NCBI GenBank assembly: GCA_026713745.1
Contig: JAPONU010000155.1
Coordinates: 1-42,364 of the forward strand
Length of the DNA stretch: 42,364 nt
From: a bacterium
GTDB lineage: Bacteria; Actinomycetota; Acidimicrobiia; Acidimicrobiales; CATQHL01
Direction: 5' to 3'
In this document: piece by piece, positions 16,525-27,490 of the stretch
Layout of the letters: every line of letters begins with the position of its first letter
Numbering within the stretch: the first letter of the stretch is position 1
Program-made: the position numbers and the translations under genes
The notes under the pieces: generated by a model
Told to the model about the DNA's origin: nothing
Database searches by the model: none
The model's input: only the letters and a program-made list of their open reading frames with translations

Positions 16525-16641
16525 AGCGCCCTCGCAGGCCCGTCGTCGGTCAGAGCGCAGGCCTCGAGAAGCCGACCGGCGCAAGCCGAGGAGCCACTGG
16601 GGGCCTCATCCTTTTCAGGCGCGCTCGCAGGCCCTCCAGCA
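16465..16641. repeat. tandem duplication, 93-nt period, two copies about 85 percent identical by eye
   Basis: gagaagccgaccggcgcaagccg occurs at 16473 and 16566, and ggggcctcatccttttc plus ctcgcaggccc recurs. The second copy contains the last ~6 codons and the stop of the glycosylase gene. Confidence 0.85.
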
Positions 16642-17232
16642 GTACCAGGCCGCGACGGAGCGATACGGCCGGAACGCCTCGCCGAGTTCAATGAGATCCG
16701 CCGAGGCAGGCACCGCGGGCAGTGCGAAGGCCAGCGCGTAGCCCTTGCGCACCCCCAGGTCGCCGACGGGCCAGACGTCCAGCCGGTGAAGCGTGAACAT
16801 CAGGAACATGTGCGCAGTCCACGGGCCGATACCGGTGACCTGGGTGAGTCTCGTCACGACCTCCTCGTCACCGAGGTGTCCGAGGCCCGCCAGTCCAAGG
16901 GTGCCGGACAGATCACGCTCGGCGAGGTCCATCATCGCTGCCGTCTTCGCTGCCGAGAGTCCCGCTGCGCGCAAGGCCTCCGGCCCGGCCTCGAGGATCC
17001 CCGCGGCGGTGCAGTCGCCGCTGAGTCCTTGCCGGACTCGCTCCCAGATGGCTCCGGCCGCCGCGCCGGCCAATTGCTGGTAGACGATCGCTCGGGCGAT
17101 GGAAGCGAACCTCTCGTGGCGTTTGGGTTTGGTGCCCAACCGGCACGGTCCGTGTATCGCCAGCAGGCGAGCCATCTCCGGACTGCGTCGGGCGATCTCC
17201 TCGCTGGCACGACGGAGGCTGGTGGGTGGCAC
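16615..17232 (-). CDS. DNA-3-methyladenine glycosylase II family (AlkA-like, HhH-GPD)
   Basis: HhH-GPD signature LTQVTGIGPWTAHMFLMF with the catalytic Asp context WPVGDLGVRKG. 205 aa. Confidence 0.9.
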   Translation of the reverse strand: MPPTSLRRASEEIARRSPEMARLLAIHGPCRLGTKPKRHERFASIARAIVYQQLAGAAAGAIWERVRQGLSGDCTAAGILEAGPEALRAAGLSAAKTAAMMDLAERDLSGTLGLAGLGHLGDEEVVTRLTQVTGIGPWTAHMFLMFTLHRLDVWPVGDLGVRKGYALAFALPAVPASADLIELGEAFRPYRSVAAWYCWRACERA

Positions 17233-17276
17233 GCCCGGATGCTAGGACCCCGCTCGCCCAACGGTAGGGTCGCCCC

Positions 17277-17963
17277 GTGGGAATGCCGCCGGTCGTATTG
17301 GTCCACGGATTCGGGACTTCCGCCCGCCGCACCTGGGGATCTCTGGGGTGGATCGACCTGCTACGGGAAGCGGGACGCGAGGTGCACGCCATCGACGTCC
17401 TGGGCCACGGTGCGGCGCCGAAGCCGCATGATCCGGCCGCCTACGCGGATCTGGAGGGTTGGCTGGCCGAACAGTTGCCTGAGGGCCCACTCGACGCCAT
17501 CGGCTTCTCGCTGGGTGCCCGCCTGCTGTTGGGCGTGGCCGCGGAACGACCGGGCCGATTCCGGCGGCTGGTCGTCGCCGGCGTCGGGAGAAACATCATC
17601 CGCGGTGATCCGGAGTACCGCCGGCGGGTCGCCGAAGCCGTCGCGGCCGTCCAGCGCGCTGAGGATCCGACCATGGCTTACTTCAGCGCCCTAGTCGACC
17701 GGCCGGACGTGGACCGGGAGGCACTCGTCGCCTTGCTGGGTGGCTTCGAGGCGAACATCGAAGTCTCCCGGCTTACCCGGATCACGTGTCCGGTCCTGGT
17801 CGCCCTGGGTGACCGGGACCACTCGGGTCCACCCACCGAACTCATGGCAGCGCTGCCGGATGCGGAGTTGCGCACACTGCGGGGCGTGGACCACTTCGCT
17901 ACCCCGAAGAGTTTCGACTTCCTCGACGCCGCGCTGGATTGGCTGTCCGAGCCCGGCGGCTAG
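17277..17963 (+). CDS. alpha/beta hydrolase
   Basis: VVLVHGFG oxyanion region, GFSLG nucleophile elbow (GxSxG), and a late DH pair (GVDHF). Confidence 0.85.
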   Translation: MGMPPVVLVHGFGTSARRTWGSLGWIDLLREAGREVHAIDVLGHGAAPKPHDPAAYADLEGWLAEQLPEGPLDAIGFSLGARLLLGVAAERPGRFRRLVVAGVGRNIIRGDPEYRRRVAEAVAAVQRAEDPTMAYFSALVDRPDVDREALVALLGGFEANIEVSRLTRITCPVLVALGDRDHSGPPTELMAALPDAELRTLRGVDHFATPKSFDFLDAALDWLSEPGG

Positions 17964-17982
17964 AACCCGCGGACCGGCGCCT

Positions 17983-19599
17983 TCAGGTGTCCTGTTCGTC
18001 ACCCGCGCGTGTGTCGTGGCCGTTGACGACGGCGCTTGTGGCCACTGGTCGGCTCCGCTTCGCCGGGCCGTCGCGGCGAGCCAGCAACACCCACAGCCCG
18101 CACGCCACCGAGATGCCCGCGGCGGCGAGCATGCTGAACGCGAAGGCGCGGCTGAACGCCGTGGCGACCTCGGTGGCGATGGCGTCCACCTGAGCGCCGG
18201 TCAGTTCGTCGTCGGCGGCGAGGCCGGACGCGATCTCGAGGGCTGCGCCCGGCGAGTCCGACGCGGCGCCGGCCACCGAACCGGGGAGGCCCGCCAGGTC
18301 GACGGTGCGGCGGTAGATCACCGTTGACAGGGTGCCGAGCGTGGCGATACCCAGTGCCGCACCGATCTCCCGGGTGGCGTCGTTGACCGCCGAGCCGACG
18401 CCGGCCTTTGCCAGGGGCGTACTCGCCATGATGTCGTTGGTGGCGGGGATGGTCGTGAGACTCAGACCGACGCCCGCGAGTGTTATCGGCGCCGCCAAGA
18501 AGCCGTAGCCGGTGGTCGCATCGGCGAGTGAGAGCAGGCCGAAGCTGGCGGCGAGCACACCGAAGCCGACCCCCATGACGCGGCTCGCGCCGAAGCGGCT
18601 GACGAGCCTGGGGGTGAGGGGTGCGATGAGGATCCCGCCCATTGCGTCGGGCAGTGTGGCCAGCCCGGCCTGCAGGGGGCTGTAGTCCAAGGCGAACTGC
18701 ACGTAGAGCACCAGCAGGAACCAGAACCCGATGAGCACGAGGAACGCCATCGTGTTCACTCCGGCACCGACGGTGAAGCGGCGCTGGGCGAACAGCGAGA
18801 GGGGCAGCATGGGCTGCCGTGCCCGCCGCTCCCAGGCCACGAACGCCGCACCGATCGCGATCGCCACAGCCAATCCTGCCAGCACCAGAGGTGAGGTCCA
18901 GCCTCGCTCGGGGCCCTCGATGATCCCGAACAGCAACGCGCTGAGCGCCACGAGTGAGGTGACCGCCCCGACGGGATCGAGCCTGGCGGCCTCGGGGTCG
19001 CTGGATCGGGGCACCCAGACAGCGGCGGCCACAAGAATCACTGCGGCGACGGGCACGTTGTAGAGGAAGGCCAACTCCCAGCCACCGGGTGGGATGAACC
19101 ACCAGCCGGTGATGAGCACGCCTGTCACGAGAGGGCCCAGCGCGCCGCCGGCTCCTGCGACGCCCGCCCAGATGGCGATCGCCTTGGGGCGCTCCCGCGG
19201 CGAGAACATGTTCGTCGTGATGGACAGCGTCGCCGGCATGATGAAGGCAGCACCCAGGCCCATGAGCGCTCGCGAGACCAGTAGCACTGCGGCGCTGCCG
19301 GAGACCCCGCCGAGTAGTGCGGCGCCTCCGAAGATCACCAGGCCCACCTCGAATGCGCCCTTGCGGCCGTAGCGGTCACCGAGCGCACCCGCGGAGAGCA
19401 GGAGCCCCCCGAAGGTGATGGTGTAGGCGTTGTTGATCCACTGCAGGACGCTGAGGCCGACACCCAGATCGCGCTGCAGGCTGGCCAGCGCCACATTGAC
19501 CCCGGCGATCGACATGATCACGAGGGCCAGGCCCAGGCTCAGGACGGCGAGCAGCCACCAGCGTCGGCGGTGGACCTCGGGTTGCCGGTAGAGCTCCAC
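17983..19599 (-). CDS. MFS transporter, DHA2 (EmrB/QacA-like, 14-TMS) family
   Basis: 538 aa and highly hydrophobic. Motif A-like GALGDRYGRK and the typical DHA2 length and organisation. Confidence 0.9.
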   Translation of the reverse strand: MELYRQPEVHRRRWWLLAVLSLGLALVIMSIAGVNVALASLQRDLGVGLSVLQWINNAYTITFGGLLLSAGALGDRYGRKGAFEVGLVIFGGAALLGGVSGSAAVLLVSRALMGLGAAFIMPATLSITTNMFSPRERPKAIAIWAGVAGAGGALGPLVTGVLITGWWFIPPGGWELAFLYNVPVAAVILVAAAVWVPRSSDPEAARLDPVGAVTSLVALSALLFGIIEGPERGWTSPLVLAGLAVAIAIGAAFVAWERRARQPMLPLSLFAQRRFTVGAGVNTMAFLVLIGFWFLLVLYVQFALDYSPLQAGLATLPDAMGGILIAPLTPRLVSRFGASRVMGVGFGVLAASFGLLSLADATTGYGFLAAPITLAGVGLSLTTIPATNDIMASTPLAKAGVGSAVNDATREIGAALGIATLGTLSTVIYRRTVDLAGLPGSVAGAASDSPGAALEIASGLAADDELTGAQVDAIATEVATAFSRAFAFSMLAAAGISVACGLWVLLARRDGPAKRSRPVATSAVVNGHDTRAGDEQDT

Positions 19600-19636
19600 T
19601 ACGTGCTTGGGTGGCCCGGGGAGTCGGTGCGGCCGG

Positions 19637-21100
19637 CTAGCGCAATGGTTGGTCCGTCGGCGTCACCGGCGCGGGCAGGAACGTCCGACCCTCCAGCCAG
19701 TGGTCGACGGCGGCGGCACAGGAGCGCCCCTCGGCGATGGCCCACACGATGAGACTCTGACCCCGACCCATGTCCCCACACACGAAGACCCCCTCCGCGC
19801 TGGTCATCCAGTGGTCGTTGCGGGCGACGTTGCCACGCTGGTCGAACGCCACGCCGAGGTCGTCGACCAGGCGCGAGCGTTCGGGCCCGGTGAAACCCAG
19901 CGCCAGCAGCACGAGCTGGGCGGGATGGTTCTCCTCTGTGCCCGGGATCGGCTCGAAGCTCAGCCGCCCGTTGTCGGTCCGTTGCTCGACCCGCACCGTG
20001 CGCAACGCCGCCACCTGGCCCTTGCCGTCACCGATGAACTCCTGTGTCTGGATGGCGTAGAGCCGGTCGCCACCCTCCTCGTGGGCCGAGGAGCTGCGCA
20101 TCATCAGCGGCCAGGTGGGCCAGGGCGTGCTCGAGGCGCGCTCATCGGGCGGGCGGGGCATGATCTCGAACTGCTGCACTGAGGCGCAACGCTGGCGGTG
20201 CACTGTTCCGAGGCAGTCCGCGCCCGTGTCTCCCCCACCCACGATGATCACGTCCTTGCCGGTGGCCGGGAAGGGATGCTGCTGGAGGTCTCCCTCGACG
20301 ACCCGGTTGGCGGGGGGCAGGAACTCCATTGCCTGGTGAATGCCGCCGAGATCGCTCCCGGGGATGGGCAGGTCGCGCCAGGCTGTGGCTCCACCGGCCA
20401 GGACGACCGCGTCGTAGTGCTCGCGCAGCGCCCCCGCAGAGATGTCGACGCCCACGTCGGTGCCGGTCACGAAACGGGTGCCCTCGGCGGACATCTGGTC
20501 CACCCGGCGGTCCAGGAAGCGCTTCTCCATCTTGAACTCGGGGATGCCGTAGCGCAGCAAGCCACCGATGCGGTCCGCCCGTTCGAAGCACACCACCTCG
20601 TGGCCGGCGCGGGTCAACTGCTGGGCCGCGGCGAGGCCGGCAGGGCCCGAACCCACGACGGCGATGCTGCGGCCGGTGTGCTCGGTCGCCGGCATGGGGC
20701 GGACCCAGCCCTCGGACCAGGCCCGGTCGATGATCTCCACCTCGACCTGCTTGATGGTGACGGGATCCTCGTTGATTCCCAGGACGCAGGCCGCCTCGCA
20801 CGGGGCAGGGCAGAGCCGACCGGTGAACTCGGGGAAATTGTTGGTGGCATGGAGCCGTTCGATGGCAGAGCGCCAGTGGTCCCGGTAGACCAGGTCGTTC
20901 CAGTCGGGGATGAGATTGCCGAGCGGGCAGCCGCTGTTGCAGAACGGGATGCCGCAGTCCATGCAACGCGAGGCCTGCGTTCGCACCGCGTCGATGTCGA
21001 AGGGCTTGTACACCTCGCGCCAGTCCCGCAGCCGGACCGGCACGGGGCGCCGCTCGGGCAGGGAACGGTCGTGCTTCATGAAGCCGGTGTGATCACCCAC
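19637..21100 (-). CDS. gltD: glutamate synthase small subunit (NADPH)
   Basis: CMDCGIPFCNSGCPLGN Fe-S motif, VVGSGPAGLAAA dinucleotide fold, IVGGGDTGADC. Confidence 0.97.
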   Translation of the reverse strand: MGDHTGFMKHDRSLPERRPVPVRLRDWREVYKPFDIDAVRTQASRCMDCGIPFCNSGCPLGNLIPDWNDLVYRDHWRSAIERLHATNNFPEFTGRLCPAPCEAACVLGINEDPVTIKQVEVEIIDRAWSEGWVRPMPATEHTGRSIAVVGSGPAGLAAAQQLTRAGHEVVCFERADRIGGLLRYGIPEFKMEKRFLDRRVDQMSAEGTRFVTGTDVGVDISAGALREHYDAVVLAGGATAWRDLPIPGSDLGGIHQAMEFLPPANRVVEGDLQQHPFPATGKDVIIVGGGDTGADCLGTVHRQRCASVQQFEIMPRPPDERASSTPWPTWPLMMRSSSAHEEGGDRLYAIQTQEFIGDGKGQVAALRTVRVEQRTDNGRLSFEPIPGTEENHPAQLVLLALGFTGPERSRLVDDLGVAFDQRGNVARNDHWMTSAEGVFVCGDMGRGQSLIVWAIAEGRSCAAAVDHWLEGRTFLPAPVTPTDQPLR

Positions 21101-21128
21101 GTCCGGCCCCAGTGCTCATGGGCACGCT

Positions 21129-24100
21129 TCAGTCGTGTGCCGCGGCCATGACGACCGCCTGCACATCGGTACCGGTTCTGGCGGCACGCTCGGTGGCTTC
21201 GGTCACCCGCTTGTAGTCCTTCGGCATGACCTTGACGAACATCTCCAGGTGGACATCGGGATCGGCGAGCATCCGGCCGGCGAGTTCGGAACCCGTCTCC
21301 TCGTGGTGCAGGTTCAGACGCTCGGCGAGCCAGGAGCGATCCTCCTCGCTCATCGGGTCGAGGTCCACCATCTCGTGGTTGACCCGCAGAGGGAAGGTGC
21401 CGTCGGGGTCGTACACGTAGGCGATTCCCCCCGACATGCCGGCGCCGAAGTTGCGCCCGGTCGGACCCAGGATGACCGCCCGACCTCCGGTCATGTACTC
21501 GCAGGCGTGATCCCCGACGCCCTCGGCCACGGCGACGGCGCCGGAGTTGCGCACGCAGAAGCGCTCCCCCACCACACCCCGCAGGAACACCTCGCCGCCG
21601 GTGGCGCCGTAGAGGATGACGTTCCCGGCAAGGACGTTCTCCTCGGCGCAAAAGCGTGCGGTGCGATGAGGGCGGGCCACGATCCGTCCCCCCGACAGGC
21701 CCTTGCCGAGGTAGTCGTTGGCATCGCCGAAGAGCCGCAGCGTCACACCGCGGGGCACGAAAGCGCCGAAGCTATTTCCCGCGGAGCCCCCGAAACGCAC
21801 GTCGATGGTGCCCTCGGGAAGACCTTCGGGACCCCAGCGGCGCGTTATCTCATAGCCCAGCATGGTGCCGACGGTGCGGTTCACATTGCGGATCGGCAGG
21901 TCGATCCGCACCGGTTCGCGCTCGGTCAGGGCTGGTGCTGCGAGCCGGATCAGCTCGTTGTCGAGGGCCCGATCCAGTCCGTGGTCCTGCTCGTTGACGC
22001 AGTAGCGGTGGCTGCCGGAGGGCACCTCGGGCATGTGGAACATGGGACTCAGATCGAGGCCTTCGGCCTTCCAGTGGTTGACCGCGCCGGTCACATCCAA
22101 CAGGTCGGCCCGACCCACCGCATCGGTCAGCTTCCTGAAGCCCAGCCGGGCCAGGGTCTCGCGCACCTCGCCGGCCACGAACTCCATGAAGTTCACCACG
22201 AACTCCGCCCGGCCTGCGAACTTCTCGCGCAACTCGGGGTTCTGAGTGGCGATGCCCACCGGGCAGGTGTCGAGGTGGCAGACGCGCATCATCACGCAGC
22301 CCATCACGACCAGCGGGGCGGTGGCGAAGCCGAACTCCTCGGCACCCAGCAGCGCCGCGATGATCACGTCCCGGCCGGTCTTGAGCTGCCCGTCGACCTG
22401 GACCACGATCCGGTCCCGCAGATCGTTCAACAGCAGGGTCTGCTGGGTCTCGGCGAGGCCCAGTTCCCACGGCGTCCCGGCGTGTTTGATCGAGGTCAGC
22501 GGTGACGCACCGGTGCCGCCGTCGTGACCGGAGATCAGCACCACGTCCGCGTGCGCCTTGGAGACCCCCGCGGCCACCGTCCCGACACCGAGCTCCGAGA
22601 CCAGTTTCACGTGGATGCGGGCTCGCGGGTTGGCGTTCTTGAGGTCGTGGATCAGTTGGGCGAGGTCCTCGATGGAGTAGATGTCGTGGTGCGGCGGGGG
22701 CGAGATGAGGCCCACACCCGGCGTGGAGTGACGCACCTCGGCGATCCAGGGCCACACCTTGTGCCCCGGGAGTTGGCCACCCTCGCCGGGCTTGGCGCCC
22801 TGGGCCATCTTGATCTGGATGTCGTCGGCCTCGACGAGGTACTGGCTGGTTACCCCGAAGCGGCCGGAGGCCGCCTGCTTGACGGCGCTACGGCGGTAGT
22901 CGCCGTTGGCGTCGCGCACGTAGCGGCGGGGATCCTCGCCTCCCTCGCCGGTGTTCGACTTGCCGCCGATGCGGTTCATGGCGATGGCCAGGGTCTCGTG
23001 CGCCTCCGCGGAGATCGAGCCGTAGGACATGGCCCCGGTGGCGAATCGCTTCACGATCTCCCCGACCGGCTCCACCTCCTCGAGGGGCACCGGATTGCAG
23101 CGCTCGGTGCGCAGCTTGAAGAGGCCGCGCAGGGTGCCGAGGTTCTGGGACTGCTCGTCGACGGCGCTCGAGTACTGCCCGAAGATGTCGAATCGACCCT
23201 CCCGGGTGGCGTGCTGCAGCTTGAAGACCGTCTCCGGGTTGAAGAGGTGGAACTCGCCCTCGCGGCGCCACTGGTACTCGCCTCCGAGTTCCAGGTCCCG
23301 GTGGGCCCGCTCGACCTCGTTCGGGGCGTAGGCCAGGCGATGGCGCAGTTCAACCTCCCGCGCCAGATGTGAGTAGCCGATACCGCCGAGGCGGCTGATG
23401 GTGCCGGAGAAGCAATCCATGACGAGCCGGTGTCCCAATCCGACCGCCTCGAAGATCTGCGCCCCCACGTAGGAGCGGACCGTGGAGATGCCCATCTTCG
23501 AGAGCACCTTGAGGATGCCCTTGTCGCAGGCCTTGATGTAGCGGCGGTGAGCCTCGTCGGTGTCCAGGTCGCCCAGGCCGTGGGCGCCGTCGGCGATGAG
23601 GTCGGCGATGGACTCCAGCGCCAGGTACGGGTTTATTGCGGTGGCGCCATAGCCCAGCAGCAGGCACATGTGGTGCACCTCGCGGGCGTCACCGGACTCC
23701 ACGATGAGCCCCACCTGGGTGCGTTTGCGCTCGCGCACCAGGTGCTGGTGGACGGCGCCGACCGACAGCAGCGACGGCATCGGAGCCAGCGTCTCGTCGC
23801 TGAAACGATCCGAGAGCACGATCAGGTTCGCGCCGCTGTCAATGGCCTCGCCGACCTCGGCGCGGATCCTGTCGAGTGCGCTGCGCAGCCCCGGCCCGCC
23901 CTCGGCGGTGGGATAGAGGCAGTCGATCACTGCGGTCCGGAACGCCGGGTTCACGTGATCGATGTCGATGAGGCGCGCCAGCTGCTCGTTCGTGAGCACG
24001 GGATGGTCGATGAGGATCTGCCGGCAGGATTCCGGCTGGGGGTCCAGCAGGTTGCCCTCGGGCCCCAGCCAGCCGTAGACCGACGTGATGATCTCCTCCC

Positions 24101-25751
24101 GGATGGCGTCGAGGGGTGGGTTGGTGACCTGCGCGAACAACTGCTGGAAATAGTCGTACAGCATGCGCGAGCGCTTCGAGAGCACGGCCACCGGCGTGTC
24201 GGTGCCCATGGATCCGAGAGCTTCCTTGCCGTCCCGGGCCATCGGGGCGACGAGGATGCGCAGTTCCTCGTGGGTGTAGCCGAAGGTCAGTTGGCGGCGG
24301 CGCAGCAGCGGCTCGGCGGCGCTGCGGCCGGCGGACACCGCCGGCAGGTCACCCAGGCGGACCTGGTTGTCCTTCAGCCATGAGCCGTAAGGCCTGGCGC
24401 CGGCCAGGTCGTGCTTGATCTCGTGGTCGCGGACGATCCGGCCCTGGGTTGTGTCCACGAGGAACATCCGTCCCGGTTGCAGACGACCCTTCTCGACGAT
24501 GCGATCGGGCGCGATGTCCAGCACCCCGACCTCGGAGGCCATGACCACGAGGTCGTCGTCGGTGACCCAATAGCGGCTCGGCCGCAGGCCGTTGCGATCC
24601 AGGACCGCCCCTATGACCGTGCCGTCGGTGAAGGCGATTGACGCCGGGCCGTCCCAAGGTTCCATGAGCGAGGCGTGGTAGCGGTAGAACGCCTTGAGGT
24701 CCGGCGCCATGGACTCGTGGTTCTCCCACGGTTCGGGGATCATCATGAGTACCGCCTCGGGCAGCGAGTAACCACCAAGACAAAGCAACTCGAGGCACTC
24801 GTCGAAGCGGGCGGTATCGCTGGCACCGGGCGTGCAGATCGGGAAGATGCGCTCCAGCGCGCCGCCGGCGAAATGATCCGAGGCAAGCAGCGCCTCGCGG
24901 GCGCGCATCCAGTTCTGGTTCCCCTGCACGGTGTTGATCTCGCCGTTGTGGACGATCATCCGGTAGGGATGAGCAAGAGGCCAGGAGGGGAACGTGTTCG
25001 TGGAGAATCGGCTGTGCACCATGGCCAGGCCGCTCCGGAGCCGCTCGTCGAGCAGGTCCGGGTAGAACTCCGTGAGCTGGGGCACCACGAGCATGCCCTT
25101 GTAGACGAAGGTCCGTGCCGAGAGGCTGGGAAAGTAGACGCCCTCGTGCGCCAGGCTCATCGATCCGAGCATCTCGCCGCTGGTTGGATCCTCGTTGGCG
25201 TCCAGTTCGTGGCGGATGCGGCGCCGGCAGATGTAGGCGCGGCGGTCCAGATCGATGCCGCTCAGCCCGTCGCCGGCGATGAAGAGTTGGCGGAAGTGCG
25301 GCATGGTGCGCCGGGCCCCGGCACCCAGCATGGTCGGATCGGTGGGGATCTCGCGCCAACCGAGGACCTGCAGGTTCTCCGAGGCCACGATCCCTTCGAC
25401 GACGGCGCACGCCTCGGCGGCCAGGGACGCGTCGTGGGGCAGGAAGGCGATCCCGGTGGCGTAGGCGCCGGGCGCCGGCAGTTCGAAGTCCACGACTTCC
25501 CTGAAGAAGGCGTCCGGTACCTGGACCAGGATCCCCGCGCCGTCCCCGCTGTTCACTTCCGCGCCGAGGGCACCGCGGTGTTCGAGGTTCCCCAGCGAAC
25601 GCAGGGCCAGATCCACGATGCGGTGACTGGGGCGACCGTGCAGATCCACCACGAAGCCCACGCCGCAGGAGTCGTGCTCGAACTCGGGGTTGTACAGGCC
25701 CTGCGGCGGCGGAAGGTCGGGTGTCGTCGGCATCTGGTCTCGTCTCGTCAC
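21129..25751 (-). CDS. gltB: glutamate synthase large subunit
   Basis: N-terminal amidotransferase Cys (EHDSCGVGF), FMN domain ([12 protein letters not shown]) and C-terminal GXGXG domain. 1540 aa. The start could instead be the ATG at 25733. Confidence 0.97.
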   Translation of the reverse strand: MTRRDQMPTTPDLPPPQGLYNPEFEHDSCGVGFVVDLHGRPSHRIVDLALRSLGNLEHRGALGAEVNSGDGAGILVQVPDAFFREVVDFELPAPGAYATGIAFLPHDASLAAEACAVVEGIVASENLQVLGWREIPTDPTMLGAGARRTMPHFRQLFIAGDGLSGIDLDRRAYICRRRIRHELDANEDPTSGEMLGSMSLAHEGVYFPSLSARTFVYKGMLVVPQLTEFYPDLLDERLRSGLAMVHSRFSTNTFPSWPLAHPYRMIVHNGEINTVQGNQNWMRAREALLASDHFAGGALERIFPICTPGASDTARFDECLELLCLGGYSLPEAVLMMIPEPWENHESMAPDLKAFYRYHASLMEPWDGPASIAFTDGTVIGAVLDRNGLRPSRYWVTDDDLVVMASEVGVLDIAPDRIVEKGRLQPGRMFLVDTTQGRIVRDHEIKHDLAGARPYGSWLKDNQVRLGDLPAVSAGRSAAEPLLRRRQLTFGYTHEELRILVAPMARDGKEALGSMGTDTPVAVLSKRSRMLYDYFQQLFAQVTNPPLDAIREEIITSVYGWLGPEGNLLDPQPESCRQILIDHPVLTNEQLARLIDIDHVNPAFRTAVIDCLYPTAEGGPGLRSALDRIRAEVGEAIDSGANLIVLSDRFSDETLAPMPSLLSVGAVHQHLVRERKRTQVGLIVESGDAREVHHMCLLLGYGATAINPYLALESIADLIADGAHGLGDLDTDEAHRRYIKACDKGILKVLSKMGISTVRSYVGAQIFEAVGLGHRLVMDCFSGTISRLGGIGYSHLAREVELRHRLAYAPNEVERAHRDLELGGEYQWRREGEFHLFNPETVFKLQHATREGRFDIFGQYSSAVDEQSQNLGTLRGLFKLRTERCNPVPLEEVEPVGEIVKRFATGAMSYGSISAEAHETLAIAMNRIGGKSNTGEGGEDPRRYVRDANGDYRRSAVKQAASGRFGVTSQYLVEADDIQIKMAQGAKPGEGGQLPGHKVWPWIAEVRHSTPGVGLISPPPHHDIYSIEDLAQLIHDLKNANPRARIHVKLVSELGVGTVAAGVSKAHADVVLISGHDGGTGASPLTSIKHAGTPWELGLAETQQTLLLNDLRDRIVVQVDGQLKTGRDVIIAALLGAEEFGFATAPLVVMGCVMMRVCHLDTCPVGIATQNPELREKFAGRAEFVVNFMEFVAGEVRETLARLGFRKLTDAVGRADLLDVTGAVNHWKAEGLDLSPMFHMPEVPSGSHRYCVNEQDHGLDRALDNELIRLAAPALTEREPVRIDLPIRNVNRTVGTMLGYEITRRWGPEGLPEGTIDVRFGGSAGNSFGAFVPRGVTLRLFGDANDYLGKGLSGGRIVARPHRTARFCAEENVLAGNVILYGATGGEVFLRGVVGERFCVRNSGAVAVAEGVGDHACEYMTGGRAVILGPTGRNFGAGMSGGIAYVYDPDGTFPLRVNHEMVDLDPMSEEDRSWLAERLNLHHEETGSELAGRMLADPDVHLEMFVKVMPKDYKRVTEATERAARTGTDVQAVVMAAAHD

Positions 25752-25870
25752 GCTCGGTCTGCGTTGTCGATGGAGGCGCGCCGCAGGTGTGGGGAGGCTT
25801 CAATCAGCGCGCCCGTGCCGGCCGGCATCGTCGGCGACCGATCCCCTGCGTGGTTCACGCAGGGAACTTC

Positions 25871-25899
25871 ATCCTACCGAGAGGCCCTTGCGGGGCCAA
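25871..25899 (-). promoter_or_regulatory. candidate sigma-A type promoter for gltBD
   Basis: The minus strand reads TTGGCC, a 17-nt spacer, then TAGGAT. A perfect 9-bp hairpin (25844-25864) starts where the transcript 5' end would be. Confidence 0.4.
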
Positions 25900-25948
25900 G
25901 ATCCGTCCTCCGGGCGCGGGCGGGCTCGAGCGGGATCGGCCGTGACGT

Positions 25949-27490
25949 CTAGTGGCGCCGGAGCAGGTGGCGCACGATCACCGCCGCGCCCAGGAGGACA
26001 GCGGTGATCTCGAGTCGACCGACGATCATCAGGCCGGCGAGCACCAGGCGCGCCGGGCGGGCGAAGACCGTGAAGTCAGAGGACGGGCCGGCCTCGCCGA
26101 GGGCCGGGCCCATGTTGGACAGGGCGCTGATCACACCGGAGACCGCGGTGACCGGATCGGCGCCGAGGGACGCCACGATCAGCGTCCCCACACCGAAGGA
26201 CATGATGTAGAGGGTCCCGAATCCCAGTACCCGCCCGACGGTGGGCTCGGGGATGACCGCGCCGCCCAGCTTGACCGGCACGACCGAGCGAGGTCTGCGG
26301 GCCAGGCGGACCGTGCGCAGGGCGTGCGCGGCGGAGATCTGGGCGCGGAACACCTTCATCCCCCCCGAGGTGGAGCCCGCCCCCCCGCCGATCAGCATCA
26401 GCACCCCCAGCACCACCTGCGCCGGCGGCGTCCAGGCGGCGAAGTCTCCCAGCCCGCCGGGGCGGATGTTGTGAAATCCGCCGCTGGTGGCCAGCGTCAC
26501 CACGTTGAAGAAGGCGTCGCGCAGCGAGAGGCCGAACGACGCCCCCTGGCGCACCCACAGCAGCAGCGTGATGACCATCGTGGCGGAGGCGAGGATCTTC
26601 AGGAACAGCATCTGGTCGCGGGCCCGCCCGTAGGCCCGCCAGTCCCCCCGCAGCGCCCGGTAGTGGAGGCTGAAGCTCATCGCCCCGGCGATCATCCCGG
26701 TGGCCATCACCAGCTCTGCCCCGAGCGACTCGAAGTGGCCGATCGAACCGCCATAGGGCGAGAAGCCCCCGGTGCCCGCCGCACTGAGAGCGTGCGCCAC
26801 GGCGTCGTAGAGACTCACTCCCGGAACGGCGAAGAGCGCCACGGCGATCGCCGCGGTGAGTCCGGCGTAGACCAGCCAGAGGCGCTTGGCGGTGCCGCTG
26901 ATGCGCGGCGCCAGGCGGTCGCTCTCGGGGCCGGGCGTCTCGGCGCGCATCAGTTCCTGGCCGCCCACGCCCAGCAGTGGCAGCACGCTCACCGCCAGCA
27001 CGACCATCCCCATCCCGCCGTACCACTGGGTGAGCTGGCGCCACAGCAGCAGGCCGCGGCCGTGGGAGTCGATGTCGGTCAGCACCGTCGAGCCCGAGGC
27101 GGTGAACCCCGAGATCGACTCGAACAGCGCCGAGTCCCACTGCGACCAGCCGAGGACATCGGCGTCCAGCACGTACGGCAGGGCGCCCAGGACCGAGCAC
27201 GACAGCCAGGTCCACACGACGACGGGGAACACGTCGGAGGGTCGCACATCGTCGGGAGGCCCGAACCCCGCGAAGAGGATCATCCCGACGGTGCCCGTGA
27301 TCAGCGCAGCGACGAGCAACGGCCTCTCGCCGTCGGAGGTCAGCGAGCCCCATTCCACGAGCGTCGCAATGAGCATGCCCGGGACGAGGAACAGGAGGGC
27401 CAGACCGACGACGTGCAACGAGAGGTTCTCGCGGTGCGGGGGCCGTGGCACGAGCGAGAGCTCGGGGACGGCCCGGAACACTCGTCTCAT
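25949..27490 (-). CDS. trkH: TrkH-family potassium uptake protein (paralogue 1, canonical P-loops)
   Basis: Four P-loop-like segments: FTASGSTVL, SAAGTGGFSP, LATSGGFHN, GAGSTSGGMKVFR. ATG 27490 overlaps the stop of the upstream paralogue (ATGA). Track ORF 25949..27994 is a stop-free extension. Confidence 0.9.
   Translation of the reverse strand: MRRVFRAVPELSLVPRPPHRENLSLHVVGLALLFLVPGMLIATLVEWGSLTSDGERPLLVAALITGTVGMILFAGFGPPDDVRPSDVFPVVVWTWLSCSVLGALPYVLDADVLGWSQWDSALFESISGFTASGSTVLTDIDSHGRGLLLWRQLTQWYGGMGMVVLAVSVLPLLGVGGQELMRAETPGPESDRLAPRISGTAKRLWLVYAGLTAAIAVALFAVPGVSLYDAVAHALSAAGTGGFSPYGGSIGHFESLGAELVMATGMIAGAMSFSLHYRALRGDWRAYGRARDQMLFLKILASATMVITLLLWVRQGASFGLSLRDAFFNVVTLATSGGFHNIRPGGLGDFAAWTPPAQVVLGVLMLIGGGAGSTSGGMKVFRAQISAAHALRTVRLARRPRSVVPVKLGGAVIPEPTVGRVLGFGTLYIMSFGVGTLIVASLGADPVTAVSGVISALSNMGPALGEAGPSSDFTVFARPARLVLAGLMIVGRLEITAVLLGAAVIVRHLLRRH

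Noticed and set aside
16042-17694. A 550-aa + strand ORF, plus the 263-aa and 223-aa ORFs, spanning the 15960-16614 gap.
   Set aside because: The translation is low-complexity (RRRR, GGGG, PRSRPAQA repeats caused by the 93-nt duplication). The ORF continues antisense through the well-supported AlkA-like gene. It has no start context.
25913-25935. G-quadruplex-type motif GGGcgcGGGcGGGctcgagcGGG between the trkH stop and the gltB promoter.
   Set aside because: Runs of G3 are expected frequently at this base composition, and there is no supporting evidence of function.
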